Assembly: GCA_965207375.1 (NCBI GenBank)
Contig: OZ242274.1
Span: 128,001-192,000 of the forward strand
Source: Nitrosopumilaceae archaeon
GTDB taxonomy: Archaea > Thermoproteota > Nitrososphaeria > Nitrososphaerales > Nitrosopumilaceae
Reading direction: 5' to 3'
Length of the DNA: 64,000 nt
The position numbers and the translations under genes were made by a program. Under the pieces are notes generated by a model, which was not told the origin of the DNA, searched no databases, and worked only from the letters and a program-made list of their open reading frames with translations. Below, in pieces: positions 27,772 to 37,890 of this stretch; the stretch's first letter is position 1; each line of letters begins with the position of its first letter.

Positions 27772-29850
27772 CTAAATTAACAATATCAGGACTACAAATA
27801 GTAATCCTGCTCCAAATACGAATAGATAAGACTGGGCAATTCCGGTTTGTGTTCCCTGTACCACCTTAGCACCCCAAGCAGTTGCCCTCTCAAAGCCCAC
27901 ATTCATGCCCGTATCGATAGCAGTTTTCTCAAAGTATCTAAATACGCCCCTTGCAAGCCACAACGGTGCCACCACAAAGCACCAATATATCATGGCATTA
28001 AGATACCACCTGTTTAGTAAAAGTTTGTGTATGGCATAAAAGAAAATGTTGGAATTTACAAATCTGACCGGATCTATAAACCTTCCAATATAAAATACGT
28101 AACCCAATCCGATACCGATTGCAAATGCTGCAAGTGATGAGCCAAGTGCAACAGGATTTAATCCAGACAGGAATCCTGGCAGAATCGAATCGGCTGCCTC
28201 ATAATGTACAGAATGAATGCCAAACGTATCATCAAGATATACATCAAATAGGTGATGCAGTTCCTGCTCAAATCCTAGTCCGATAATGCCTATTCCAATA
28301 GTTAGAACCGCCAAAATTCCATATGGCACCCACATTGATAACGGAGCCTCGTGAATATGACGTCCCTGCTCTTGCATCTTTTCAAGGTGTTTGCTTGGCT
28401 TGCCAAAAAATACCATGCCTATCATTCGTGTAGTGTAAAATGCAGTAATTACAGCAGTAAGCACCGCAATTGCATAAAGCGGCAGTGCCCACTCGCTTCC
28501 AGAGGTGTACACAGATGCAAATATTGCATCCTTGCTCCAGAATCCTGTAGTGATAAATGGTGCCCCCATCAGTGCAAGGCCTGCAGCCCACATAAACGCA
28601 TAAGTTTTTTTCATGTGTTTTCGCAGACCTCCCATATCTGTCATAAATCTAGAACCTACAACGTGTAAAAGCGAACCTGCTGCCATAAACAACGAGGCCT
28701 TAAACATTGCATGTGAAATCAAATGAAAGAATCCGGCAGTATAGCCATCAACGTATTGGTGAGACAGTCCTGCAACCCCTAGTGCCATCATCATGTAGCC
28801 AATTTGGGAACCAGTCGAATATGCCAATACCTTTTTGATTTCTGGATTGACCATTCCTTGCGTTGCAAGTAACAGTGCAGTGATTGCTCCAACCCATGCA
28901 ATAATTTCAAAGAACTGATCCATCATGATTCCTGCAGCTGCCAAGGCAAAAAACAGCGGTCCGATTCTTGCAACCAAAAAGACACCTGCCTTTACCATTG
29001 TAGCTGCGTGAATCAGTGCAGAAACTGCTGTAGGACCTGTCATTGCCTCAAGCAGCCATTCATTTAATGGAAACTGGGCGGATTTTCCAATTGCTCCACC
29101 AAACAAAAGTACCGCAGCAGGCACAAGCAGTCCTTGGGCCTGCATGGAAACTGCCCATGCAGTATCATGTGTCAGCTCCCTAAATCCAAACGTGCCTGCA
29201 AACGCAAATATCAAAAACATTCCTGCAAGCATCATGATATCACCAATCTTTGTCATGATGAATGCCTTCATTCCCGCATGTGTCGGCGAGTAATATGCTG
29301 CCAATCCAAGTGCAGTATGACCTTGGGTACCTACATAATCCTTTTTCTTATCTCGATACCAGAAGCTTATCAACATGTATGAGGCAAGACCTACGCCCTC
29401 CCAGCCAAAGAAGACCTGCAATAAATTATCTGAAAGCACAATGAGTTGCATGGAACCTATAAAAAACATCATCCAGAACCAGAATCTGGTAATGTCTTTG
29501 TCACCCTTCATGTAACCGGTACCATAAATCATAATCAAAAATGAAATCCATCCTACAACATTTGCCATTATGACTGCCAGAGGATCTGCAAGAACCCCAG
29601 CTTCAAGACCTATTGCATTAATCCACATAATTTGATCATGAAGTTCGGTGCCAGATAATGCGCCCGGAAGCATTGATGCTGCAGATAATGCGCTCATTAA
29701 TGCAAATCCTACTGCGACCCAGCCGGTACCCCGTTTTGTGAATCGCCCAATTGCAGGCATTATCAACGCTGCAATAAACGGCAAAATCCATACTGCCCAT
29801 GCTGCGTTTGCGGTAACCTCAAATGGCAAGGCCATAGTTTCAGTTGCCAT
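27772..29850 (-). CDS. nuoL: NADH-quinone oxidoreductase subunit L
   Basis: GKSAQFPL..AMTGPTAVSALIHAATMV, HAMFKASLF. Confidence 0.95.
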   Translation of the reverse strand: MATETMALPFEVTANAAWAVWILPFIAALIMPAIGRFTKRGTGWVAVGFALMSALSAASMLPGALSGTELHDQIMWINAIGLEAGVLADPLAVIMANVVGWISFLIMIYGTGYMKGDKDITRFWFWMMFFIGSMQLIVLSDNLLQVFFGWEGVGLASYMLISFWYRDKKKDYVGTQGHTALGLAAYYSPTHAGMKAFIMTKIGDIMMLAGMFLIFAFAGTFGFRELTHDTAWAVSMQAQGLLVPAAVLLFGGAIGKSAQFPLNEWLLEAMTGPTAVSALIHAATMVKAGVFLVARIGPLFFALAAAGIMMDQFFEIIAWVGAITALLLATQGMVNPEIKKVLAYSTGSQIGYMMMALGVAGLSHQYVDGYTAGFFHLISHAMFKASLFMAAGSLLHVVGSRFMTDMGGLRKHMKKTYAFMWAAGLALMGAPFITTGFWSKDAIFASVYTSGSEWALPLYAIAVLTAVITAFYTTRMIGMVFFGKPSKHLEKMQEQGRHIHEAPLSMWVPYGILAVLTIGIGIIGLGFEQELHHLFDVYLDDTFGIHSVHYEAADSILPGFLSGLNPVALGSSLAAFAIGIGLGYVFYIGRFIDPVRFVNSNIFFYAIHKLLLNRWYLNAMIYWCFVVAPLWLARGVFRYFEKTAIDTGMNVGFERATAWGAKVVQGTQTGIAQSYLFVFGAGLLFVVLILLI

Positions 29851-29851
29851 A

Positions 29852-31399
29852 CTAAACTCCCAACACTCCGTTCATGTAAGGCATGATTTGTTCTAGGAAA
29901 ATATCAGGATAAATACCTAAAACAACGGTGAATCCGGCAAGAACCATCATAGGGGCAGTCATGTACCAGCTAGCTTCTCGGACATTGGTCAAACTGTTTG
30001 GCAGCTTGCCAAAGAATACGCGTTTTAGCATCCACAATATATAAGACATTGTAAGTGCCGTTGCAACAAGTCCCAGTCCGAATGTGATCATTCGAATCGT
30101 AGAACCCTCCTCGATGGCAGTCTCCAATGCACCATAAAAGAGAATCCATTCGCCCATAAAACCGCTAGTTGGCGGAACACCCATAATTGTCAGTGCACCA
30201 ATTACTGCGCATACTGCCGTGATTGGCATTTTGCCTGCAAGACCTCCAAGTTTTGAGATCTGTCTTGTACCTACCTTTACGATAAGAATGCCTGCAGTCA
30301 TGAAGAGGATTCCTTTTCCTAACGCGTGTGTAACATACATCATTTCAGCACCTGCCAACCCCATTGATGAATAGGTCCCAATTCCAAACAGGAGATATCC
30401 CATCTGACTAATACTAGAATATGCAAATAGTTTTTTGATGTCATCTTGCATCAGTGCCATTGCACCTCCATAGAACATGGTAACTAACCCCCAGACATGA
30501 AACCAAATTGATAATTCATAAAAAGCAGACGGCAGAAATTCCACAATCAACCTAAAGATTCCGTATGCACCGATTCCAATCATTGCAGGAGACAAAAGTG
30601 CACTAATTGGAGTAGGCGCCGCACCGTGAACATGGGGAAGCCAAATATGAAACATAAACGCTGCAAGCTTTACTCCAAGACCGATTGCAATTGCTACTGC
30701 AGATATTAGCAATACGTCTTGTGGAATTGCCGATTCCTCAATGTCTGCAAAGTCAAAGCTTCCTATACTAAGACCGATCATCAAAAATCCAAGTAATAGT
30801 ACCACTGCGCCAACATGTGTCCAAAACAAAAACATCAGTGCGATTTTTCTTCTAGGTCCGTCACCCCAAAAGGCAATCAAAAAGAAACCCGGAATGAGCA
30901 TGACCTCAAAAAATATGTAAAATTGAATGAGATTTGTTGCAAGAACGGTTCCCAGCATGCCCATTGCAAAAACCAAATACAGTGCAAAATACAGACCAGA
31001 TTTTGCATTGATGTAACTCTCTAATCCCTCCGAGTCTGCTGTAGTCTGTCCAGAGGTAGTAATTTCATGTTGCATCTGCGCGTACTGTTCCTTGAATTTG
31101 TGAATCATGTATGGCTTTGAATAAAGTACTAAAATGGTAGACAGGACATAGATCATAATGGCAAACGGGGACGCTAGTCCGTCAAGCAGGAATCCAAACT
31201 CTCCAAACATGCTAGTCCACGGATAATGCTCCTCGTATGTTCCATCAACTGCTGGAATTATGATAATGACTGTACAGTAAAGAAGAATTGCAAATGTAAA
31301 CCACATTACAGGCGTAGGTCCTGCCTTTCTGCCGATCAGGTACGCCACAGGTGATAGTAATAGAGGCAAGAAAACTGCCTGAATTAATGCATATTCCAT
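29852..31399 (-). CDS. nuoM: NADH-quinone oxidoreductase subunit M
   Basis: HIWLPHVHGAAPTP, AYSSISQMG, SGFMGE. Confidence 0.95.
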   Translation of the reverse strand: MEYALIQAVFLPLLLSPVAYLIGRKAGPTPVMWFTFAILLYCTVIIIIPAVDGTYEEHYPWTSMFGEFGFLLDGLASPFAIMIYVLSTILVLYSKPYMIHKFKEQYAQMQHEITTSGQTTADSEGLESYINAKSGLYFALYLVFAMGMLGTVLATNLIQFYIFFEVMLIPGFFLIAFWGDGPRRKIALMFLFWTHVGAVVLLLGFLMIGLSIGSFDFADIEESAIPQDVLLISAVAIAIGLGVKLAAFMFHIWLPHVHGAAPTPISALLSPAMIGIGAYGIFRLIVEFLPSAFYELSIWFHVWGLVTMFYGGAMALMQDDIKKLFAYSSISQMGYLLFGIGTYSSMGLAGAEMMYVTHALGKGILFMTAGILIVKVGTRQISKLGGLAGKMPITAVCAVIGALTIMGVPPTSGFMGEWILFYGALETAIEEGSTIRMITFGLGLVATALTMSYILWMLKRVFFGKLPNSLTNVREASWYMTAPMMVLAGFTVVLGIYPDIFLEQIMPYMNGVLGV

Positions 31400-31704
31400 T
31401 ATCCCTTCAGGCTCCTAAATTCTGCAACATCTACATTTTGATACATCCTATATGCAACAATGATTAGTGAAAGTCCTACTGCGACCTCGGCTGCGGCAAT
31501 AGCAATTGAAAACAACGCCATGGTCTGACCCCCACTGTGAGGCAAGAACCTTGCAAATGCCACAAGATTGAGATTTGCAGCATTGATTATAATTTCAACT
31601 GCAAACAGCATTCTAATTGCATTACGTTTTACAGATAACCCATAGATTCCAATTCCCAAAAGGGCAATTGATACAATGACAAAATCAGTCAGTTCGTTGA
31701 CCAT
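31399..31704 (-). CDS. nuoK: NADH-quinone oxidoreductase subunit K
   Basis: AVEIIINAANL, AAAEVAVGL. Confidence 0.95.
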   Translation of the reverse strand: MVNELTDFVIVSIALLGIGIYGLSVKRNAIRMLFAVEIIINAANLNLVAFARFLPHSGGQTMALFSIAIAAAEVAVGLSLIIVAYRMYQNVDVAEFRSLKG

Positions 31705-32200
31705 TTTCCAACTCCTCCTCTCTTCTTGCAAGTACCAGTGCACCAGTTACAGATGCAGACAGTATAAGGGCCATCAAGACCAGTGCGGGCCAATAATATG
31801 TTAAAAAGTCAGTACCAATTTCTCGAAAATCAACTGGGGGCTCATCTGTGGTTACAGACTTTATACCCGAATCCAGGATAACTGCGCCAATGGAGACCAT
31901 AAAGACCAACATCAGGGCAATGCCTGCAAATTTTCGTCGCCTGTCTTCGACCTTTTTGAAGATTAATTCACGCTTTACCAACATTACTGTAAATAGAATC
32001 AAAACGGCAATCGAGCCCACATACACTGCAATCTGAAACATTGCAACAAACGGTGAATCAAGCAGTAAAAAGAATCCTGCAATGCCGCCCAATGTTCCCA
32101 TCAATGCTATAGAGCCGTAAATGAGCGAACGCAGCTCAAGTGCTGCAATGGCAGAGCCTATTGTCAAAACAGAAAGCGCAAGAAATGCAGCATCAGCCAT
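31685..32200 (-). CDS. nuoJ: NADH-quinone oxidoreductase subunit J
   Basis: QIAVYVGSIAVLILFTVML; operon position. Confidence 0.93.
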   Translation of the reverse strand: MADAAFLALSVLTIGSAIAALELRSLIYGSIALMGTLGGIAGFFLLLDSPFVAMFQIAVYVGSIAVLILFTVMLVKRELIFKKVEDRRRKFAGIALMLVFMVSIGAVILDSGIKSVTTDEPPVDFREIGTDFLTYYWPALVLMALILSASVTGALVLARREEELENGQRTD

Positions 32201-32690
32201 GCGATGCACCCCTATCATCAATTCTAATTTCCACATCTTGGGAAATATTTGGCTTTACCTGTAGTTGGGCAGGTGTGTAAATCAGACCCTCCTTGGTAAA
32301 AGAGGACAACTCATAATCATTACTCATATACAATGCATAAAACGGACATGCATCCACACAGAGTCCACAAAACACGCATTTCCCATAATCTATCTGCGGC
32401 ATGATTGATTTTTTGTTTTGGCCCCATTGCTCTGGAACCTTTACCATGCCGATTGCCTCAGCGACGCCCTCACATGCAATAGAACATAGCTGGCATCCGG
32501 TACAATGATCATGAAACAACATGTGTCTGCCCTTTAGTCCTGCAATACCTACGCCTGTAGTTGGATCAAACTGATACCCGTCACCTACAAACTTTAGTTT
32601 TTCTTCAGGATACCTTAGGGTGAATCTTTTTACTGCAAGATGCTTGATTCCAGAGTTTAATGCTTTGATAATTCCGGTTGCCGTTCCCAT
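32193..32690 (-). CDS. nuoI: NADH-quinone oxidoreductase subunit I
   Basis: Two 4Fe-4S motifs, CTGCQLCSIAC and CVFCGLCVDACP. Confidence 0.95.
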   Translation of the reverse strand: MGTATGIIKALNSGIKHLAVKRFTLRYPEEKLKFVGDGYQFDPTTGVGIAGLKGRHMLFHDHCTGCQLCSIACEGVAEAIGMVKVPEQWGQNKKSIMPQIDYGKCVFCGLCVDACPFYALYMSNDYELSSFTKEGLIYTPAQLQVKPNISQDVEIRIDDRGASHG

Positions 32691-33991
32691 TATAACATAC
32701 CTCCAGGTCCTATTACTCCAGCGTAAAGCAATCCGAGTGCTATAAACATGTTAACAAAGGCCAATCCGATTAATTTGAACCATCCAAGCTGTAACAGCAT
32801 ATCTATTCGGATTCTGGGGAAAACACCCCTTGGAAGCAGAATAAAAAAGATGACTCCCACAGTTTTTAGCACAAACCAAATGGTTCCGTTAATCATTTCC
32901 TGCGATACAATTGGAAGGCCTGATATCATGACAGTAACAGGTCCTGCCTCTATTCCATCTGTAATTATTTCCTCTGGGAACGGGGGCCAAATCATCGGTC
33001 CGTTCCATCCTCCCAAAAACAATACCACAAAGAGTGCAGCAAATGCATAAAGTTTTAGATAGGTTCCAAGCTGTACCAGACCATACATCATTCCGGAAAA
33101 TTCCGTCAGCCATCCTGCAACAATTTCACTTTCAGCCTCGGGCAAATCAAATGGAACTCTTTCAAGCTCTGCAAGCATTGTGATAAAAAATACAATTGCA
33201 CCTATTGGCAGGAAAATAATCCATGGAAATGCAGACTGACTCTCAATGATTTCAGTCAGATTTAGGGTTCCGGTAACTATTACGACTCCAAGCAGTGACA
33301 GTATCAGGGGAATTTCAAAAGATACCATCTGATGAAGTGCCCTGATTCCACCGATAAATGGGAATTTACTGTTTGCAGACCATGCAGATAATATGGTAAT
33401 AATTGGAAAGAATCCGATCACGGCAAATACTGCAAGCAGTCCCACATCCAAGTCTGCAACGACCCATCCACCAGGTGCCACCGGAATTAGTGCGGTAAAT
33501 GCGGCTGCTGCACCTACAAACATTAGCGGCGCAGTCCAAAATATTGGCTTGTCAGCCTTTGCAGGTATTATGATTTCTTTTGAGACAAGCTTGAGACCGT
33601 CTCCCATCAATTGCAAAATTCCTTCAATTTTTCCACAATAAAACGGTCCTACTCGCAACTGTAATTTTGCAAGCATCTTTCTTTCAACAAAGATTGTTCC
33701 TGCTGCCAATAGTGCAGCAAATCCAAATCCGGGAAACGCTGCAATTCTGAAAAAATCAGAGGCCAAAAGAGACTTTATCAGCGGAATTGCCCTAGACGGA
33801 TCAGAGAGCATTGTAAAGGCCAGAAATGGACTGACTAGTTCCCCATTGACTACGGGCAAATCCATATAGATTAAGACTATCTGAACTGCCGGAATTCCTA
33901 ACAGCGATCCAATAAGGACTATCCAAAATACGTTATCAAGTATGGATTTTAAAAAATATCCTAAACTAAACTGTGGTGCAAGAATTGACAT
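32690..33991 (-). CDS. nuoH: NADH-quinone oxidoreductase subunit H
   Basis: ERKMLAKLQLRVGP, RVPFDLPEAESE. Confidence 0.95.
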   Translation of the reverse strand: MSILAPQFSLGYFLKSILDNVFWIVLIGSLLGIPAVQIVLIYMDLPVVNGELVSPFLAFTMLSDPSRAIPLIKSLLASDFFRIAAFPGFGFAALLAAGTIFVERKMLAKLQLRVGPFYCGKIEGILQLMGDGLKLVSKEIIIPAKADKPIFWTAPLMFVGAAAAFTALIPVAPGGWVVADLDVGLLAVFAVIGFFPIITILSAWSANSKFPFIGGIRALHQMVSFEIPLILSLLGVVIVTGTLNLTEIIESQSAFPWIIFLPIGAIVFFITMLAELERVPFDLPEAESEIVAGWLTEFSGMMYGLVQLGTYLKLYAFAALFVVLFLGGWNGPMIWPPFPEEIITDGIEAGPVTVMISGLPIVSQEMINGTIWFVLKTVGVIFFILLPRGVFPRIRIDMLLQLGWFKLIGLAFVNMFIALGLLYAGVIGPGGML

Positions 33992-35125
33992 TTATCTGTC
34001 AGCCTCCACAGGCCAATAGTTGAGACTCCAATAAACTGCTGGCATGTTGCCTAATTTTTCACCCTTGAGTAAATATGGCATTGCAATCAAATTTCTAAAC
34101 GAGGAGACGCTGAGTTTTACCCTGTACGGCTCTGGTTTTTTATCAGAAACAATGTATGCGCCCAAAGAACCGCGTCCTGATTCTACGCGTTTGTAGACTG
34201 AGCCTATCTCACCCTTTGGATTTGGTTTTAATTTCACTCTGACGGAACCGGATTTTGACATTTTTTGCAATGCGTCTTTGATGATTCGACAACTTTGAAG
34301 CATGTCAAGCCACGGGATTTTGGAGCGCGCATAAGAGTCACCTTTTTGAAGAACCGGAACCTCAAAATCCATCTCGTCATAGGCATCATACGGCTCTTTT
34401 TTTCGAAGATCAAAGTCAACGCCGCTGGCTCTAAGCACCGAACCCGTGGTGCCTAATCTGATGGCATCCTGTCTGGACAAAACACCGGTATTTTCGGTTC
34501 TAGATACAAGTATTGGATTGTCATAGAATATGTCGGCATACTCTCTGATTCGTTTCTCAAAGTAATTGACCTGTCGTATACACACATCTTCAAAGTTTGC
34601 AGGAAGATCATTTCGGACTCCGCCTGGAACAAAGTAGGCATGTGTTACTCTTGCCCCTGTTAGTTTTTCCAAAAGATCAATTAAGAGCTCCCTGTCACCT
34701 GCAGGCCACATAAACATTGTAGAATGTCCCAAGAAAATTCCGTAAATTGCTAGCCAGTACAAAATGTAAACACAACGATTCAGCTCTGATGCAATAATTC
34801 TGACATACTTTGCACGTTCTGGAACCTCCACACCCAAGAGTTCCTCAACTCCCAGACAGTACGGATACAAAACATTGCAGGAATCGTGAATTACCGGACG
34901 TTCTAGATGCGGGATGTTTGTGATGTAATTTCTATATTCTGCCATTTTTTCCTCTCCGCGATGAACATATCCAGGATCAGGGTCACATGCAACAATATAG
35001 TCGCCGTCAATTTGAACAATGATTCTCATGTGGCCAGAACCAGGATGCTGTGGTCCTACATTGAGAGTCATGATTCTCTCATCTACTTTTTGAAGTGCCA
35101 ATCCCGGAGGTAGTTGTGTTGCCAT
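33992..35125 (-). CDS. nuoD: NADH-quinone oxidoreductase subunit D
   Basis: NVGPQHPGSGH, GYVHRGEEK, ends EADR. Confidence 0.95.
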   Translation of the reverse strand: MATQLPPGLALQKVDERIMTLNVGPQHPGSGHMRIIVQIDGDYIVACDPDPGYVHRGEEKMAEYRNYITNIPHLERPVIHDSCNVLYPYCLGVEELLGVEVPERAKYVRIIASELNRCVYILYWLAIYGIFLGHSTMFMWPAGDRELLIDLLEKLTGARVTHAYFVPGGVRNDLPANFEDVCIRQVNYFEKRIREYADIFYDNPILVSRTENTGVLSRQDAIRLGTTGSVLRASGVDFDLRKKEPYDAYDEMDFEVPVLQKGDSYARSKIPWLDMLQSCRIIKDALQKMSKSGSVRVKLKPNPKGEIGSVYKRVESGRGSLGAYIVSDKKPEPYRVKLSVSSFRNLIAMPYLLKGEKLGNMPAVYWSLNYWPVEADR

Positions 35126-35126
35126 T

Positions 35127-35795
35127 TTATCTTCCCTTGATTGCAAAGTCCTTTCTCATAGGCGGCAAATCCGCCCAATCTTCTGGCAAAAGTAGCCTTC
35201 TATTATCTGGATGACCTTCAAAATAAACACCTAGCATTTCAAAACATTCTCTTTCATGAAATTCTACACTGTAAAAGACCTCCCTAAGACTTGGCACAGT
35301 TGTAGAGTCCTTGCCTGGATTTGGGATTTCCTCTCTAGGAGAACGTGTAGCAAGTTCTAAAACCTGGCTAGACAGTGAATCATCAGAATAAGAGCCCAAA
35401 TGATACACTACCTCAATCTCCTTTTCGGCAGGATAGTCGACGCCGGTTACAGATTCGGCATGATCAAAGTTTAGCTCATCACGAAGGTATGTTGCGACCT
35501 CTTTGACGTCTTGCCGTGCGGCTTTGATGCCTATTCTGTTGGGTTTTACAAATGTAACCTGTGTTTTTTCGCCAAACTTGGCCACAATTTTATCAGAAAT
35601 TCCCTTTTCAAATTCAGAAAGTGATTTTTCTGCTGCGGGTTTTGGCACAGGCTTTGATACGGGTTTATCAGGTGAAGACTCTTTGGCCTTTACAGGCTCT
35701 GTAGGTTTGTCTTTATCTGTAGACTTTGCTACCTTTGACTTGTCTTCCAAAGTCTCTGCAGGTTTGTCTTTTGGATTATCAGCTGAGCTCATCAT
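35127..35795 (-). CDS. nuoC: NADH-quinone oxidoreductase subunit C
   Basis: ERECFEMLGVYFEGHP..RRLLL..PMRKDF; low-complexity K/P/S N-terminal extension. Confidence 0.93.
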   Translation of the reverse strand: MMSSADNPKDKPAETLEDKSKVAKSTDKDKPTEPVKAKESSPDKPVSKPVPKPAAEKSLSEFEKGISDKIVAKFGEKTQVTFVKPNRIGIKAARQDVKEVATYLRDELNFDHAESVTGVDYPAEKEIEVVYHLGSYSDDSLSSQVLELATRSPREEIPNPGKDSTTVPSLREVFYSVEFHERECFEMLGVYFEGHPDNRRLLLPEDWADLPPMRKDFAIKGR

Positions 35796-36319
35796 ACTTC
35801 CTTCCTAGCTTTCATTCTTTTGATTTTTTCTTGTAGCAACATACAACCCTGAATAAGAGTTTCAGGCCTAGGCGGACAGCCTGGTACATATACATCCACA
35901 GGCAAAACACCGTCAATACCTGGCAAGACATTGTAAGAATCAAAATACAATCCGCCAGTTATTGCACATGCACCCATTGCTATCACATATTTTGGTTCGG
36001 GCATTTGATCATAAACTAGTCTGAGGCGTGGGGCCATTTTTCTGGTAATTGTTCCCTGAACCACAATCAAGTCACACTGTCTCAGAGAACCAAATGCCTC
36101 TATGATTCCAAATCTTTCAACATCATATCTTGGACTTGATGCTGCACCAAACTCTACACTACAACATGCAGTTTCAATATGAACCGGCCACAATGACCAG
36201 ATTCTTCCCCAGTTTATGGCATAACCTAGCGGCTTGTCAATGGCCTTTTCCAAAATATCGCCAAGCTTGCCAACAAAAACATTTGCATTTTGAGGCGTTA
36301 TCAGATCCTTGATGGTCAT
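35792..36319 (-). CDS. nuoB: NADH-quinone oxidoreductase subunit B
   Basis: TACCSVE, MGACA, PGCPPRPE. Confidence 0.95.
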   Translation of the reverse strand: MTIKDLITPQNANVFVGKLGDILEKAIDKPLGYAINWGRIWSLWPVHIETACCSVEFGAASSPRYDVERFGIIEAFGSLRQCDLIVVQGTITRKMAPRLRLVYDQMPEPKYVIAMGACAITGGLYFDSYNVLPGIDGVLPVDVYVPGCPPRPETLIQGCMLLQEKIKRMKARKEV

Positions 36320-36335
36320 ACTATTTCCTCCATGT

Positions 36336-36710
36336 CTACCATATGTTTCGTCTCCGTGATTGGTACAGTGCAAATGCCATGGCTGCAAACATTATTGCCA
36401 AAAATGCAATTATTGGAAGAGTTGCAGCCTTTGGCAGATGAAGAATTGTACTTCCCCAAGCATACAAGAAAATAGCCATTACATCAAATACTACAAACAT
36501 TAGAATATACGCATAATACTGCATCATAAAGTGGGTACGTCCCTCACCCTTGGGAACCTGTCCGCATTCCATTGGCAGAAATTTTACTGGATTGTTGTGT
36601 TTTCGGGGTGCCACCATACGTGAAATCAACAACGCAGGAGCCGTCGCTACAACGGCAAATCCAAACATAAGCAAGACTTGACTGTAATTACCTGCCACTT
36701 CCCCGACCAA
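36336..36710 (-). CDS. nuoA: NADH-quinone oxidoreductase subunit A
   Basis: PMECG, FVVFDV, three TM helices. Confidence 0.93.
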   Translation of the reverse strand: MVGEVAGNYSQVLLMFGFAVVATAPALLISRMVAPRKHNNPVKFLPMECGQVPKGEGRTHFMMQYYAYILMFVVFDVMAIFLYAWGSTILHLPKAATLPIIAFLAIMFAAMAFALYQSRRRNIW

Positions 36711-36828
36711 AGTAGCTTTTGCTCCCTAGAATTGTTATATAAAACTATTCAAACTTTTTTAGGATGTCAGATCGCAAAGTCACAAAAAATTTTGTAAGGT
36801 TCTAATATGACAAAAATTGTTGAACTAT

Positions 36829-37299
36829 ATGGTACTAAACACAGGTGATCAAGCTCCAGATTTTGAACTTCCAGACACAGATTTAAAACTGAGAAGGCTA
36901 GAAGAATTCAAAGGCAAAAAGGTGGTGCTGTCATTTATTGTTGCTGCAAGCTCTCCTGTATGCGAGGTTGAATTGTGTACGTTTAGAGATTCATGGGATG
37001 AAATTTCCAAGTTGGGTGCACAAGTTGTTGCAATCAGCAACGATGGGCCCTTTGCAAACAAGGCATTTGCAGAAAAACATAACTTTGAATTTCCATTGTT
37101 GGGCGATTACACAAGCAAAACAATCAGAGACTATGACATTTTAATGCCTGATTTGTTGCACATAAAAAACTACAATGCAGCAAAGCGTTCCGTATTTGTC
37201 ATAATGGAGGATGGAAAAATAGGATACAAGTGGATATCTGAAGATCCATTAAAGGAACCAAACTATGATGAAATTAAAAACTTTTTAAAACAAAACTAG
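36829..37299 (+). CDS. Peroxiredoxin (AhpC/TSA/BCP-like redoxin)
   Basis: GDQAPDFEL, SPVCEVELC, KRSVFVI. Confidence 0.9.
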   Translation: MVLNTGDQAPDFELPDTDLKLRRLEEFKGKKVVLSFIVAASSPVCEVELCTFRDSWDEISKLGAQVVAISNDGPFANKAFAEKHNFEFPLLGDYTSKTIRDYDILMPDLLHIKNYNAAKRSVFVIMEDGKIGYKWISEDPLKEPNYDEIKNFLKQN

Positions 37300-37376
37300 A
37301 CGGCTTGATAAAGTGCACCTAAATTAAATGTAAAATTATCGGTTTATGGTTTTTACGCAAAGTCTGCATGTTGTGA

Positions 37377-37889
37377 TTATTCTATTTCGGCAATAATGTC
37401 GTTTTTTGCAACGCTACTACCCTTTTTGATTTTGACAGATTTTACAGAGCCGTCTTTGTGTGCCTTGACACCTACCTGCATCTTCATAGATTCAAGGGTG
37501 CAAATGACATCTCCCTTCTTGACTGATGTGCCCTCCTCTACATCAATTGAGACTACCTTTCCTGGAATCTGGCTTTTGAGTAAAGTCGATACGCCGCCTG
37601 CACCACCACCTGAATTTTTGTAAACAACTTTGTCCAAACCCGGATGCATGTTGACAGTAATTGGTACTCCGTCTACAACTAGATTCATTTGGGCAGTAGA
37701 GCTTTGAAGATATTTTACTTTGTGAAACTCGTCATTTAAAATAAATTCAACACCTTTTGCATCAACTGTTAAAATTCTTAGACCATATTCATGATCATCT
37801 ATTTTGATAACATATTCAGAGTTGCCCAAGTTTTTGAGAATCTGTCCGTTAAAAATTCCCTCAATGTCTGAAATTTTGTATTCCATCAC
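37377..37889 (-). CDS. accB: Biotin carboxyl carrier protein of acetyl/propionyl-CoA carboxylase
   Basis: ESMKM biotinylation motif; adjacent to the carboxylase subunits. Confidence 0.92.
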   Translation of the reverse strand: MMEYKISDIEGIFNGQILKNLGNSEYVIKIDDHEYGLRILTVDAKGVEFILNDEFHKVKYLQSSTAQMNLVVDGVPITVNMHPGLDKVVYKNSGGGAGGVSTLLKSQIPGKVVSIDVEEGTSVKKGDVICTLESMKMQVGVKAHKDGSVKSVKIKKGSSVAKNDIIAEIE

Positions 37890-37890
37890 T

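Noticed and set aside
26278-36710. Complex I operon lacks nuoE/F/G and has the order K-M-L-N
   Set aside because: This is the normal arrangement in ammonia-oxidising archaea, so it is not novel.
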